Positions 17,106-26,974 of a stretch of 40,357 nt of DNA are shown piece by piece. A program made the translations under genes and the position numbers. Positions within the stretch are counted from its first letter, which is position 1, and every line of letters begins with the position of its first letter. The stretch covers positions 1 to 40,357 of the IMG/VR virus record IMGVR_UViG_3300006879_000007; one strand, written 5' to 3'. The DNA comes from a virus. Taxonomy: Duplodnaviria; Caudoviricetes. The notes under the pieces were generated by a model. That model made no database searches, had not been told where the DNA came from, and saw only the letters and a list, made by a program, of their open reading frames with translations.

Positions 17106-17440
17106 TTCCCCTGCTCGTTTCCCTCTTCACCATTATTTTCTTCTTGTTTTGGCTTTCCAAAAACTGCTTCACGTAACTTGCTATAAACATATTCATCACT
17201 TGCACCATTATAAACCTGGTCCACTGTAAATTGACCGTTGAAAACTATATTAGCAAGGATACCCACCATCTCATCTTCTTCATCCAACTGTTCTTGCGGA
17301 GATGGCACATAGCCTTTGTTTTCCTTTGCTTTTTCTTCTGACTCCGACTCAATTTCAAGATATTTGCGTTTCGCTAGCATTGGTACGAGCGGGGTGGTAA
17401 ATAACTTTTTTTCACCATCGATATATAACTCTATTTTCAT
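17102..17440 (-). CDS. Tail assembly chaperone (gpG-like)
   Basis: Between the major tail and TMP genes; ATGA overlap with the major tail stop. Confidence 0.85.
   Translation of the reverse strand: MKIELYIDGEKKLFTTPLVPMLAKRKYLEIESESEEKAKENKGYVPSPQEQLDEEDEMVGILANIVFNGQFTVDQVYNGASDEYVYSKLREAVFGKPKQEENNGEEGNEQGK
17117..17123 (-). other. -1 frameshift slippery heptamer G GGA AAC
   Basis: X XXY YYZ in the correct phase; the shifted frame reads GKRAGEVTAVGLY into the next ORF. Confidence 0.8.
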
Positions 17441-18015
17441 GCTACCGGCACCCAATCTTGATCTACAACTTCGTCAAACCAACTTTCGATAATTTCCTTA
17501 TTTTCTAGTTTTTCGCTACCATCCCATAGTTTGTATTTCTCCGCCTCGTCATGTAAGCGCGGCAAAGCTTCACCAGATAGGTTAGGTGTTTGATAAGCTG
17601 GTGTTTCCTGTTTGGTTTCTTTATTTTCCTCTGCAGGAGCCAACTTCACACGAAAGATCCAAAAATACTCATAACCACCGCGCGCACTTGCCGCACGTCC
17701 ACCAATTGCGATATATGGAGGATCATCATTAGCACCATCAGTTATTCCACCATTATTATCCAGTTCTTTTCCTAAAACATCCGCTTCTACTTCCTCTTCT
17801 AGATAAGCTGTATTAACTGTTACAGCAATTGGACCTTTGGCAGCATCGGAAAATAACACTTTATCGTCAGCCCTTAAATTGCCACGGTTAATAGATGGTT
17901 GTAGGTTTATAGCCATTGCTGGTCCAAATGGTTTAACCTCGCCGTATTCTGTCTTTTTATCGTCTTCACTCTCAATAATTGCATAATGTAAATCTTTTAA
18001 TCCCTTAATAGCCAT
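17437..18015 (-). CDS. Major tail protein (phi13-like)
   Basis: 'GLKDLHYA', 'LRADD', 'PPYIAIG' motifs and position. Confidence 0.9.
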   Translation of the reverse strand: MAIKGLKDLHYAIIESEDDKKTEYGEVKPFGPAMAINLQPSINRGNLRADDKVLFSDAAKGPIAVTVNTAYLEEEVEADVLGKELDNNGGITDGANDDPPYIAIGGRAASARGGYEYFWIFRVKLAPAEENKETKQETPAYQTPNLSGEALPRLHDEAEKYKLWDGSEKLENKEIIESWFDEVVDQDWVPVA

Positions 18016-18019
18016 TTAT

Positions 18020-18358
18020 TTATTCCTCCCCTATATTTGGTTCATAATTAAACCGTATAATCTTTCGAAACATCTTCATATCTTCATCATAAGTTTCTGA
18101 TTCAAACATCCGCGCGAATCCCACGGCTTTCATTCTTTTCTTCAATTGTTTAACCAAATCTAAAAAATTCCCTTTTGAAAATACATCAACTTGTAAAAAA
18201 TGCTTTGTGATTAATTCTTCATCATCAGCGTTAATTCTTGGTGCTTGATTGTATTCCAAAAACACAATATAGGTATCTGCCGTGTTGTTATAATTAGCGA
18301 AGGAAACGGGTACGCCAAGTGGTTCCAATGTTTCTTTAATCAACTTATTTAAACTCAC
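18020..18358 (-). CDS. Tail terminator/completion protein
   Basis: 'TYIVF...QVDVFSK' and position. Confidence 0.8.
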   Translation of the reverse strand: MSLNKLIKETLEPLGVPVSFANYNNTADTYIVFLEYNQAPRINADDEELITKHFLQVDVFSKGNFLDLVKQLKKRMKAVGFARMFESETYDEDMKMFRKIIRFNYEPNIGEE

Positions 18359-18756
18359 ATACCCATCCCCTTTTTAAATACATTTACATACTCATTTAAT
18401 ATACTGTCTTTGCTATTTTCATAAACGATAGATACTAAAGGTAAGGGAGCGATGAATCTTTGTGCGCGAACGTTGTAATAGCCAAATTCATGCATATACA
18501 AATAAAACCCGGGTTGTTTTTTTCCACCCTGGGTTCCTACAAATAGTTCGTTATTGGCTGGATTTGTTCGAACAATAGCTTCTTGCGCTTCTCCACTACG
18601 TCTTGTAAGTCCATGTGAATATACTTCCGCAGTGATTTTATCTTTTAAAAGATCGCCACCTTTAATCAGTGCCTGATCTTTTAAATCATCTGTTAACCCT
18701 TCGATACGATCTATTTCATTTATTAATTCATCCAGTCCTTCAAATTCAAGTTCCAT
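18355..18756 (-). CDS. HK97 gp10-like neck protein
   Basis: 'FEGLDEL...FYLYMHEFG' and position. Confidence 0.8.
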   Translation of the reverse strand: MELEFEGLDELINEIDRIEGLTDDLKDQALIKGGDLLKDKITAEVYSHGLTRRSGEAQEAIVRTNPANNELFVGTQGGKKQPGFYLYMHEFGYYNVRAQRFIAPLPLVSIVYENSKDSILNEYVNVFKKGMGM

Positions 18757-19063
18757 GATCATCAGCCTTTCGCTTACAGATCAATTCAATGAATTCACCT
18801 TTTTCATAGGTGCGATAAACCGTGTGATCTTTACCCTTGTATTCGATTTGTTCTTCGCCTTCGTATTCAATAGAACGAATTTCGAACATATAAGATAAGT
18901 CAACGCCGCTTTGTTTAGCCATATGAAATTCTTGTGAACGGACACTCAATTTATTAGCGAATATTAGCCTTGGTTCGCCTTCCACAACAGCGGGAAAACC
19001 GTCTTCATCTATACCTTCTACCAAGCTAACTAAATTGATTACGTCACTCCATGGCGCGCTCAT
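18746..19063 (-). CDS. Head closure protein
   Basis: 'FANKLSVRSQEF...RTYE...IELIC' and position. Confidence 0.8.
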   Translation of the reverse strand: MSAPWSDVINLVSLVEGIDEDGFPAVVEGEPRLIFANKLSVRSQEFHMAKQSGVDLSYMFEIRSIEYEGEEQIEYKGKDHTVYRTYEKGEFIELICKRKADDHGT

Positions 19064-19349
19064 TGTAATCACCCGCCATCGACAAATGTTGTTTCAATAA
19101 ATCAAAAGACCGTTGAAAGCGTTCAGCGTTTGGACTATCAATACCAAAATTGGCTTTTACATAAATCTTTATTGCCCGAATAATTAGTGTATCCTTATTT
19201 GACTTAGCGACATCAGGAGATACACCCGCTTGAATTAATTCCATGCGGGCACTCTCGATTAATTCTTTTATGTCTGTGTCAAAGTGGTCATTACTAACCC
19301 GGGCAGACAATTTCACTTCTTGAAGCAAGGTTTCATCCATTTTTTTCAT
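19044..19349 (-). CDS. Head-tail connector (gp6-like)
   Basis: 'LLQEVKLSARV...D..IKELI...AIKIYVKANFG'. Confidence 0.85.
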   Translation of the reverse strand: MKKMDETLLQEVKLSARVSNDHFDTDIKELIESARMELIQAGVSPDVAKSNKDTLIIRAIKIYVKANFGIDSPNAERFQRSFDLLKQHLSMAGDYNERAME

Positions 19350-19593
19350 TCTTTTCTAATTCTGCTAACGCTTCTTCTTTTCCTTTGATCTTTTCACCAT
19401 TCGGAAGCTCATACCAACCACCACCTGTATGCTTAATACTATCCTCCAGAGGCTGCTTACTTTTTTCTTCCAGAAATCCTTTTTCAATTAAAAAGGCGAT
19501 CCTATCTGCATTTTCATTCTCGTAGGTATCGCCTCGTTCGTATACTTTCTTTGTAAATTTATCGCGAAATGATGATTTAACCGTATAGTCCAT
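19333..19593 (-). CDS. Small post-capsid phage protein
   Basis: Strong RBS; 'F.DK...Y..GD' and 'GGGWYELPNGEKIKGKEEA' segments. Confidence 0.75.
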   Translation of the reverse strand: MDYTVKSSFRDKFTKKVYERGDTYENENADRIAFLIEKGFLEEKSKQPLEDSIKHTGGGWYELPNGEKIKGKEEALAELEKNEKNG

Positions 19594-19614
19594 TAGAACT
19601 CCTCCTAATTTTTA

Positions 19615-20805
19615 TTAAACTTCAGGAACTTCTTCCTCTGTACCTTTTTTAACTCGCAAGAAACCGTTAAATGCTGCGACGTTACCACCAGAGAATACGG
19701 AGCCGCGGTGAGCAACCATACCCTCTTTGAATTTAACATCATCAGAACGCTTTACATCCGTTGGAGAAAATACAGCCATCTCATAATTGGATAATGGACC
19801 GTAAGCCATTAGATAATCTCCCTCTGTAGCTGTAGCCAATGAGCCTGCTCCACTATTAATAACATAAGATACACCATCAATAGAACCTGTATTTCCATTA
19901 TGCTTAATATCATATACTTTACGACCATCCGGATAGCGAACTTTTGAAAACTGGCGAAGATCATCTTTAGACAGAATTAATGTAAACTCATCTTCCACAT
20001 CTTCATCTCCACCAAATGCATAGATGATGTTTTCCAAAGTATCCTCATTGATCTCAGAAACTTCCATATCCGTGTCTGGATTAATCGCTTTAGCTTCATC
20101 AGAAAAGATACCCACAAATTCATCTTGTGCCGGTCCGCGTCCGTTAAGGATCTCTTTTGTGATTTTCTTACGTAATGATTGCCGTACTGATTCAACAACA
20201 CGCTGTCCGTAGTTAGCACGTGGCAGCTTCAATACTTCTTCTGTAATCTCATTATAGGCAGTGACTTTTGTTTTATTGATACGTGCATAACCAAACTCAA
20301 TATCAATGTCAAAGTATGGTTCACCCTCTTTGGTATAATTACCTTCACCATGTTGAATATCGTAGGGTGTTTCGTATGATTCTCCGCCTTGTAACGGAAC
20401 AACATTCACACGATCAATAAGCGTAGAAACCTGGTTGAATGTGCCTTTAATATTTGCGGAATCATGTTTTGGTAAAATCAAATCTCCGCTATCAACCGTT
20501 ACTGCACGTTTTTCGAAAATGTCAGTACCGCGCTGTTCCCAGTCAATTTCCTCTGCATTGTCGCGTTTTTCAGTTCCTTCTCCGGCATTGAATGTTTCAA
20601 TGGTACGTGCTTCTACTTCGCCGTTATTAAGTTGCTCCGTTTCCTTCAAGAGACGCTCGCGAGTTTGCAATTCTTCCAATTCCTCATTTAACTCACGAAC
20701 TTCTTTTTCCAAGTCTTTAAAATTCAAGTCCTCGCTTCGTTTTTCATCCTGCAACAACTCGTTTATTTCTGCTTTCCTTTGCAAAATCTCTTTAATTCGA
20801 TCCAT
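19615..20805 (-). CDS. HK97-family major capsid protein
   Basis: N-terminal coiled-coil delta domain; 'ILNGRG...GIF'; follows portal and protease. Confidence 0.93.
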   Translation of the reverse strand: MDRIKEILQRKAEINELLQDEKRSEDLNFKDLEKEVRELNEELEELQTRERLLKETEQLNNGEVEARTIETFNAGEGTEKRDNAEEIDWEQRGTDIFEKRAVTVDSGDLILPKHDSANIKGTFNQVSTLIDRVNVVPLQGGESYETPYDIQHGEGNYTKEGEPYFDIDIEFGYARINKTKVTAYNEITEEVLKLPRANYGQRVVESVRQSLRKKITKEILNGRGPAQDEFVGIFSDEAKAINPDTDMEVSEINEDTLENIIYAFGGDEDVEDEFTLILSKDDLRQFSKVRYPDGRKVYDIKHNGNTGSIDGVSYVINSGAGSLATATEGDYLMAYGPLSNYEMAVFSPTDVKRSDDVKFKEGMVAHRGSVFSGGNVAAFNGFLRVKKGTEEEVPEV

Positions 20806-20817
20806 AATTAATTCCTC

Positions 20818-21418
20818 CTATAAATTGTTTAGTACATAAATCCTTGCTTTTTCTTGTTCTCTATATTCTTCTAACCCTTCAACATGTTCTTTTATTGGAT
20901 CGTATCCACGTGCACTCACTTCGCTATCCGGATATGCAGGAAAGGCCACGGCTGAAACCTCCAACAATTTGGCTTTTTTGACGGTTCGTAACGGCAAATC
21001 ATCATCTGGTTCCTCGATTTCATGATCTTCCATCCGAAACCCAAAACTCATCCCGTCAATATCTCCACGTTTTATAGATTCATAGGTATCATCACCTAAG
21101 GTAGTTTTAGGTAAATCCAACTCAACCCTTAGACCAATATCATCTTCTGATAGGCGCAATGTATTGTTTTTTTTGCGACCTAACACTTTTGATACATCAT
21201 GAGACCATAAAAAACGCTGATCATCTTTTCCAAGAGAATCAGCGAAGGAACCTCTTTTAAATTGTTCACGAAACTTACGGAAAAAGCCTAATACTTGTGA
21301 TTTCTTTTCCCACTTAACAGCGTACCCGGTTAATGTGCGATTGCCATTATCATCTTCACGAATTTCAATCTTGTTCGTCGTCAGATCCCTGATCTCCAGT
21401 TTTTCCTTGTTCATCATC
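20818..21418 (-). CDS. HK97-family prohead protease (start approximate)
   Basis: 'GYAVKW', 'FLWSHD', 'GMSFGF', 'EVSAVAFPAY'. Confidence 0.9.
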
Positions 21419-22600
21419 ATCACCCCCTTCATCATCTTCTGTCTCCTTGCCAATAGGAACAGTATCCAGACGTCTCACCACTTCATCACCGCCCTCAATA
21501 GGTCCTAGATTAAATATGCGCCTTACTTCATTCGGTGTCATCATCGCTCGGTCAACAAACTGCACCAAGTTTAATTTAGTGCGCATGGATGCATATACAA
21601 GATTTAAACTTTCAAACACAATCTTGTTGCCGTGACCACGTTCCCGTTTCGAAAATATTTTCCTTGTATATTCTCCCGCTAGCTGTAGTGCAACGGGTTC
21701 GACAACTGATTCATAATAAGAATTCCACTCATTCTCATCATATCGACTTTGAACAATTCTGGAATTTGTATTAAAAAAATCATATATGCGTTGTGTTGTA
21801 TTGTTTATTTGCTTGTCATCAGGAACATAGCTATTATTTTTAACTTGCTCTAAATCATAGCGTGGATCACTTGCAGCTGCCCCACCTTTCTTTTCAATAT
21901 TTAGGTAGTTGTCCACGAATTCATCAACTTGCATTTGGATATCTTCTTTTTTAAGCACGCTTTTAAATTTCAAAATCCACTTGATCATCGCACTGCTTTT
22001 GATTGCTTTTTTCATACCTTGATCAATTGTGGAAACCACTTCCATTAATTCAATGAGTGCAGGTCCGGGGTGATCACCGAATAAATTATGATTATTAAAA
22101 TCTTGCCGTAAATGTATAACATCTACATACGGAACAATCATTTGTTTTCCATCAATAAAACGGAATTTCAAATACATGTCACCAAATGGACCTTCCATCA
22201 TGTCAACATTAGTTGCTGGCACTGGATATATCTCATATGGTTCAAATGTTTCGGGATCTCTTTTAATAATTGAAAAAGCATTGTTGTTTAGATCTAATTG
22301 AGTGGCCATCTTTTCACGAAACATTTGTCCAGTCATTAAAGGATTCGGCTCTTCAAGCAAAAATTTTATATTGCTATCCGGGTTGATTTTAAATACACTT
22401 TCATTATCCCTGATATGCTGCGCCATTAATTTTCCAATTGCTCTTGCTTTGGGGCGAATACAGGAGCGCACGATGTCACTTTTGTATATTTTCCCCTCGA
22501 AAGCATAAAAACCTTCTCCAGCATCTGTAATTAGTTTGTATTGTGTTGTCGTTTCCGGTTCAGTTAACTTTTTTCCAAACATCCAATCAAATAATCCCAA
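21365..22600 (-). CDS. Portal protein
   Basis: 'PNPLMT', 'DVIHLR', 'MTPNEVR...GGD'. Confidence 0.93.
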   Translation of the reverse strand: MGLFDWMFGKKLTEPETTTQYKLITDAGEGFYAFEGKIYKSDIVRSCIRPKARAIGKLMAQHIRDNESVFKINPDSNIKFLLEEPNPLMTGQMFREKMATQLDLNNNAFSIIKRDPETFEPYEIYPVPATNVDMMEGPFGDMYLKFRFIDGKQMIVPYVDVIHLRQDFNNHNLFGDHPGPALIELMEVVSTIDQGMKKAIKSSAMIKWILKFKSVLKKEDIQMQVDEFVDNYLNIEKKGGAAASDPRYDLEQVKNNSYVPDDKQINNTTQRIYDFFNTNSRIVQSRYDENEWNSYYESVVEPVALQLAGEYTRKIFSKRERGHGNKIVFESLNLVYASMRTKLNLVQFVDRAMMTPNEVRRIFNLGPIEGGDEVVRRLDTVPIGKETEDDEGGDDDEQGKTGDQGSDDEQD

Positions 22601-22613
22601 TTTGTCACCTCCC

Positions 22614-24299
22614 TCAAATCATATTTTGATAATCTTCATGCTTTTGCTCTAATATGACATAGGCATTTAACATTGCAGCTGTACCATCAATTCTTTTTCT
22701 TTGAGACTTTCCTTTCGATGGTTGTATATTATCGTTTTTATCAATATCAACCGATGTGTTGGATAAGCACCACTTTGTTATTTGATGGTTATTATAATTA
22801 ATTTTTTTATTTTCTAAGTCAGCACCCATGCTTTTCATAGGACCTGATAAAGTCTTTTTTCCTTGTATCACTGGAATCATTGCTTCTTGACCGAAGTGCG
22901 TCATCATCTCTTCAACAAAGTAAGTCGCTGACCAACTGTCATAACCAATCCACGGTAGATATAAATCATACTCATCCCGCAATTCTAAAAACCAATCAGT
23001 TACAAATTTATAATGGACTTTATTGCCTGGTGTTGTACGTAATAACCCTTGTTCTTTCCAAATATCATAAGGTACATTATCTTCTGCCGTTCGTTTTTCA
23101 AGTAAATCTTCCGGGAGCCAATACATATGTTTAAAGTAAAGTTCTTCGCTGCCTGGCAATTGAAATAAAACACATGCTGCAGTTAAATCCGTTGTACTGG
23201 ATAAGTCACACCCACCAATCCCATAATTAGGTTTTAATTTTCTAATATCAAAAGTATCTTGATTATTCAGCTGTTCAAATGTAAGCCACGCTTCCGAAGA
23301 TGTTTCCCTAATATTAAAATCCTTTGTCAGTAAGTTTTTCACCAACAAAGGATTTGCTTTTGCTTTATTTACTTTTCGTTCTAATTCGTCTGATTTTTTT
23401 ATTGTTCCAAGCCCCGGATTGGCTTTTTTCCACATTTTCGGATTAGTCCATTCAGCACGATAATCAAGCTCGTAAACAATTGGCAATACGTGCTCATCTT
23501 TATAACCATTAGGGTCATCATACCCGTTAATGATTCTTTCAACTTCATCATATTTTATGTCAAATATACCTTCTCTTACAGTTCCGGCAGTAGTCGTGAT
23601 CAATGACAAAGGTTGTGATCTAGCACTCATACCATCGACAATAACATCATATAAATTCTTATCTTCTATAGCATGAAGCTCGTCAATTAGACTGGCATGT
23701 AAGTTAAGCCCATCAAGTGTATTGGAATCACTGGATAAAGGTCTGAATGATCCATCGTTAAAGTCTGATAGTAATTCAGCAACCAGTGACCTAATACGCT
23801 TTCGTAAAACAGGCGACTTCTTAATCATTCGTTTTGCTTCAAGCCATATAATTTTTGCCTGGTCTTTTTTGGTTGCAGCACTTATTACTTCAGGACCGGG
23901 TTCGCCATCTGCCACTAACATATAAAGGCCGATTGCGGATCCCCATGCTGATTTCCCATTTTTTCTGGCAACAATTAAAATAAACTCGCGATACTTGCGA
24001 GTCTCTTCAGTCTTATGAATAAATCCAAACAATGCAGCAGTCATGGCCTTTTGCCATAATTCTAATATAAAAGGTTTCCCGCCCATTTCCCCTTTTGAAT
24101 GCTTCGTGAACTTTTCCACGAACTCAATAGCATGGTTTGCTCTTTCAGGAGAATATTCATATACAGAATCTTTATCATGGATATCGTCAACTAACTTCTT
24201 ATAGATCCTTCTTACTTTACTACCAACAACCACTTCGCCGGATTCAATTTTATTCCAGTAATCAATAATAGGGTTGTAAGACAGTGGGTATTTTTTCAT
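22614..24299 (-). CDS. terL: Terminase large subunit
   Basis: 'ARKNGKS' Walker A, 'LIDELH', 'DLSSTTDL', 'RIDG'. Confidence 0.96.
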   Translation of the reverse strand: MKKYPLSYNPIIDYWNKIESGEVVVGSKVRRIYKKLVDDIHDKDSVYEYSPERANHAIEFVEKFTKHSKGEMGGKPFILELWQKAMTAALFGFIHKTEETRKYREFILIVARKNGKSAWGSAIGLYMLVADGEPGPEVISAATKKDQAKIIWLEAKRMIKKSPVLRKRIRSLVAELLSDFNDGSFRPLSSDSNTLDGLNLHASLIDELHAIEDKNLYDVIVDGMSARSQPLSLITTTAGTVREGIFDIKYDEVERIINGYDDPNGYKDEHVLPIVYELDYRAEWTNPKMWKKANPGLGTIKKSDELERKVNKAKANPLLVKNLLTKDFNIRETSSEAWLTFEQLNNQDTFDIRKLKPNYGIGGCDLSSTTDLTAACVLFQLPGSEELYFKHMYWLPEDLLEKRTAEDNVPYDIWKEQGLLRTTPGNKVHYKFVTDWFLELRDEYDLYLPWIGYDSWSATYFVEEMMTHFGQEAMIPVIQGKKTLSGPMKSMGADLENKKINYNNHQITKWCLSNTSVDIDKNDNIQPSKGKSQRKRIDGTAAMLNAYVILEQKHEDYQNMI

Positions 24300-24655
24300 C
24301 TTCTACCCACGAACGAATCAAAGCCATCATCTTCCTCAATTGCAACTTCTTTCGGCAGGAGGTTAAACAGCTTGTCGTAGGCAGCAGTATACCGGTTAAT
24401 CATAGTATTATAAGATTTCTGTGATGGATTCTCTATATACATTTTTTGAGATCCTTGCTCGAATTTATACGTGGGCCCTTTAAGCTTTATATCATCTTCC
24501 AGTATCTGAAGCGTAACAGTCATAAAAGCGACACGTTCTATTAATCTCTTTGCAACTTTTTGCTTTTCGTCGGAAATGTCCTCAAATATCGCTTCCAATT
24601 TTTCAATTTCTGCAGCTATAAATTCATTTTGTTTTTTCCTGCTTAACTTCGCCAT
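24296..24655 (-). CDS. terS: Terminase small subunit
   Basis: Overlaps the terL start; 'ENPSQKSYNTMI'. Confidence 0.85.
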   Translation of the reverse strand: MAKLSRKKQNEFIAAEIEKLEAIFEDISDEKQKVAKRLIERVAFMTVTLQILEDDIKLKGPTYKFEQGSQKMYIENPSQKSYNTMINRYTAAYDKLFNLLPKEVAIEEDDGFDSFVGRR

Positions 24656-24689
24656 TTTGTTTAACCCCCCCTTATGTGAAAATGACCTG

Positions 24690-24760
24690 CGTATTACGCG
24701 AAGCTATGCGCTCGCTTACTGGTACCCCCTAAAAATACCCATACCAAGGGGGCATGCGTT
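24690..24760. other. Probable cos region
   Basis: GC-rich intergenic tract with C/G runs between HNH and terS, the usual cos location; exact cut site not determinable. Confidence 0.5.
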
Positions 24761-24790
24761 CTGTTTTATTTTTTTACAAATTAATTTTCA

Positions 24791-25096
24791 TCAATCTGTT
24801 TTTATCAGATTTCCATTTGCATCAAATCCAAATCCTTTTCGAACAGGAAAATGAGTTGTTTTATGTTCCCGATTGTGGCAATCATGACAGAGCAACTCAA
24901 GGTTCGCTTCATTCAATGTGATGAACGGATCATTTACATTCTCTTTTGTAATGTGAACTTTATGATGGACAATGTCACCTGGTGCAGCACACCGTTCGCA
25001 CACACCGTATTGACTATGGTAGTAAGACTGTCTTAACTTTCGCCAGGCTGAAGTATGATAGATTTCATCGCCAATTCTTTTGGATGAATAACTCAT
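24791..25096 (-). CDS. Packaging-associated HNH endonuclease
   Basis: CERC...VHH...NLELLCHDCHNREH; upstream of terS. Confidence 0.92.
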   Translation of the reverse strand: MSYSSKRIGDEIYHTSAWRKLRQSYYHSQYGVCERCAAPGDIVHHKVHITKENVNDPFITLNEANLELLCHDCHNREHKTTHFPVRKGFGFDANGNLIKTD

Positions 25097-25386
25097 AGAT
25101 CTGCACGACCAAAGTTGATTAGATTATTCTTTAGCAAACTCATTCGACTGTTGATCTCCTGTTGCATCTCCCGTCGCTTACCTGCAGTGTGTTGTCCTAT
25201 GATGGTATCCTTCTTACGCTGTGTCTTCCTTACCCGTGCATCCGTAACAAAGGAAGTGTAGTGATAATAACAATGCTCACACTTGAAGAAAGTCTCCTGT
25301 ATTTTGTTTGGATGGTATCTTTGTTTAAAGACCACATCAGTTATATAACCACACTGATCACATAATGCTGTTAATGGTTTGGTCAT
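25093..25386 (-). CDS. Zinc-ribbon phage protein
   Basis: CDQC and CEHC pairs. Confidence 0.75.
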   Translation of the reverse strand: MTKPLTALCDQCGYITDVVFKQRYHPNKIQETFFKCEHCYYHYTSFVTDARVRKTQRKKDTIIGQHTAGKRREMQQEINSRMSLLKNNLINFGRADL

Positions 25387-25613
25387 GATTGATCACCACC
25401 CAATGGGTTGTGGCCAATGCTTATTATGTTAGGTCTGTTTGATGATGTATCTACATACTTAATATCAATCATAGGACTTGGAATAGCCTGATATGTTTGT
25501 GTGGCCCAAGCAAAGCCAATGTGCACCTTTCCAGTGATCTCTTCACCTTTGTAATAAACCTTTGGCACACTGTCTATTGTTTCTAATTCAATAGCTAGTA
25601 ATGGTTTGGTCAT
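25383..25613 (-). CDS. Hypothetical phage protein
   Basis: ATGA overlaps at both ends. Confidence 0.7.
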   Translation of the reverse strand: MTKPLLAIELETIDSVPKVYYKGEEITGKVHIGFAWATQTYQAIPSPMIDIKYVDTSSNRPNIISIGHNPLGGDQS

Positions 25614-26071
25614 GATTCCCACCCACAATCTAAGCATTCTCTTTTAACGCTATAGATTACATCATCAAGTGTTTTTAGTTCAGTACTTTCATAATCCGTA
25701 CTACCACACTTAGGACACGTCGAGTACATTTCATCAAAAACAACCATATTAGTACGAACACCTTCCAACTCTTTCAATGCAGCAGTAGCCTTCTTTGCTT
25801 CACGTTGGATTGATTTGAGTCCTTTTAATGCATCGGAACAATCGATGTTTGCTATAATATCCAACTTATTTTTATTGTTTTGTGATATTGTTTTTCTATT
25901 TATAACACCTTCACCAGATTTAGTTACCATTGGCATGACTGGTCCATCACAAACAAAACATGAATACCCGTCAACAAATTTAAATTGTCGTTCCGTAAAC
26001 ACCTCTCTAAAATTACACACCATACATTGAAGTGTTGTTACTTTACCTTCGCACGACTTATTGTCTGCCAT
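25610..26071 (-). CDS. Protein with four CxxC motifs
   Basis: CMVC, CFVC, CPKC, CLDC; AAGGAG RBS. Confidence 0.75.
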   Translation of the reverse strand: MADNKSCEGKVTTLQCMVCNFREVFTERQFKFVDGYSCFVCDGPVMPMVTKSGEGVINRKTISQNNKNKLDIIANIDCSDALKGLKSIQREAKKATAALKELEGVRTNMVVFDEMYSTCPKCGSTDYESTELKTLDDVIYSVKRECLDCGWES

Positions 26072-26131
26072 GATTAATCCACTCCTTTAAATTTATGTGT
26101 TAAAAAAGACACCTACAATTAAGTAAGTGTC

Positions 26132-26413
26132 TCATGTTATTTCGTATCCTGATTGTTCATCATCATTTACTTTTCGTAACAATAATTCAAACGCTCTTTC
26201 AGTCATATTGTTCGGTATAAATTTATCGGTGACTAAATGGAAAGGTTGTAAATGTTCTTCTAACACTTTCAGCCCTGCCTCACGATTCAATACTGTACCT
26301 ATTACGTTATTTAAATAATCTTCTTCAGTCATATTTATGTGTGTAGGACAATCGACAATAGTGCTGAACCGACAATACAAACCATTTGGTTGCTTTGCAA
26401 TAAATCCAGCCAA
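26132..26413 (-). CDS. Hypothetical phage protein
   Basis: GGAG RBS; flanked by terminators at 26437-26463 and 26102-26133. Confidence 0.7.
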   Translation of the reverse strand: MAGFIAKQPNGLYCRFSTIVDCPTHINMTEEDYLNNVIGTVLNREAGLKVLEEHLQPFHLVTDKFIPNNMTERAFELLLRKVNDDEQSGYEIT

Positions 26414-26448
26414 TCACACCATCTCCTTTTATGTATAAAAAAGACCGC

Positions 26449-26796
26449 TTATTCAGCAGCCTTCTCTGTTTGTTCTATTTGTTTATCCTTACCTTCCAGT
26501 TGTTCTGCAATCCTTCTTAGATATTCGAGTATCATATAAAGCGCTATAAAGAAAATACCGATACTTACGCAAACTAACAAGGTAGTGAACCCTGTAGCTA
26601 TAGCACTATCCTTTTCTTCTTTAGCCATTAGGTATTCTTGCTGTACAAGTATATCTTCAGTGTATATTTCTTTATCTTCTTCTAATTCGCTTAATGCTTG
26701 ATCGTCAAAGCTGTTCCAAAAATAAAGAGCACTGACAATCCCAATTATTATAAATACAATACCCACAAATCTAAAGCTTTCATTAGTCATCCCCAT
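26449..26796 (-). CDS. Two-TM membrane protein (moron)
   Basis: Two hydrophobic helices around an acidic loop; start moved to the ATG after GGGGG. Confidence 0.7.
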   Translation of the reverse strand: MGMTNESFRFVGIVFIIIGIVSALYFWNSFDDQALSELEEDKEIYTEDILVQQEYLMAKEEKDSAIATGFTTLLVCVSIGIFFIALYMILEYLRRIAEQLEGKDKQIEQTEKAAE

Positions 26797-26872
26797 CCCA
26801 TCCAACCCCCTATAACTATGTATAGGACTAATTATGATGGACTTGTATAATTTATGCAATATGAATTAGGCG

Positions 26873-26974
26873 AAAAGACACCCATAAATGAGTGTCTTGA
26901 TAAATTTCTTATACTACTATAATAACTTACAATACAAACCATACTCCGCTTTTATTCTGCCATTTGTCTGCCAT
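26873..26974 (-). promoter_or_regulatory. Putative late promoter with tandem ATGGCAGA repeats, followed by a terminator-like hairpin
   Basis: 8-bp direct repeats at 26956-26963 and 26967-26974 (11-bp period); AT-rich -10 candidates; hairpin 26873-26898. Confidence 0.55.

Noticed and set aside
13205-25365. Many plus-strand ORFs opposite the TMP, capsid, portal and terminase genes
   Set aside because: Antisense shadows of well-supported genes with no recognisable motifs
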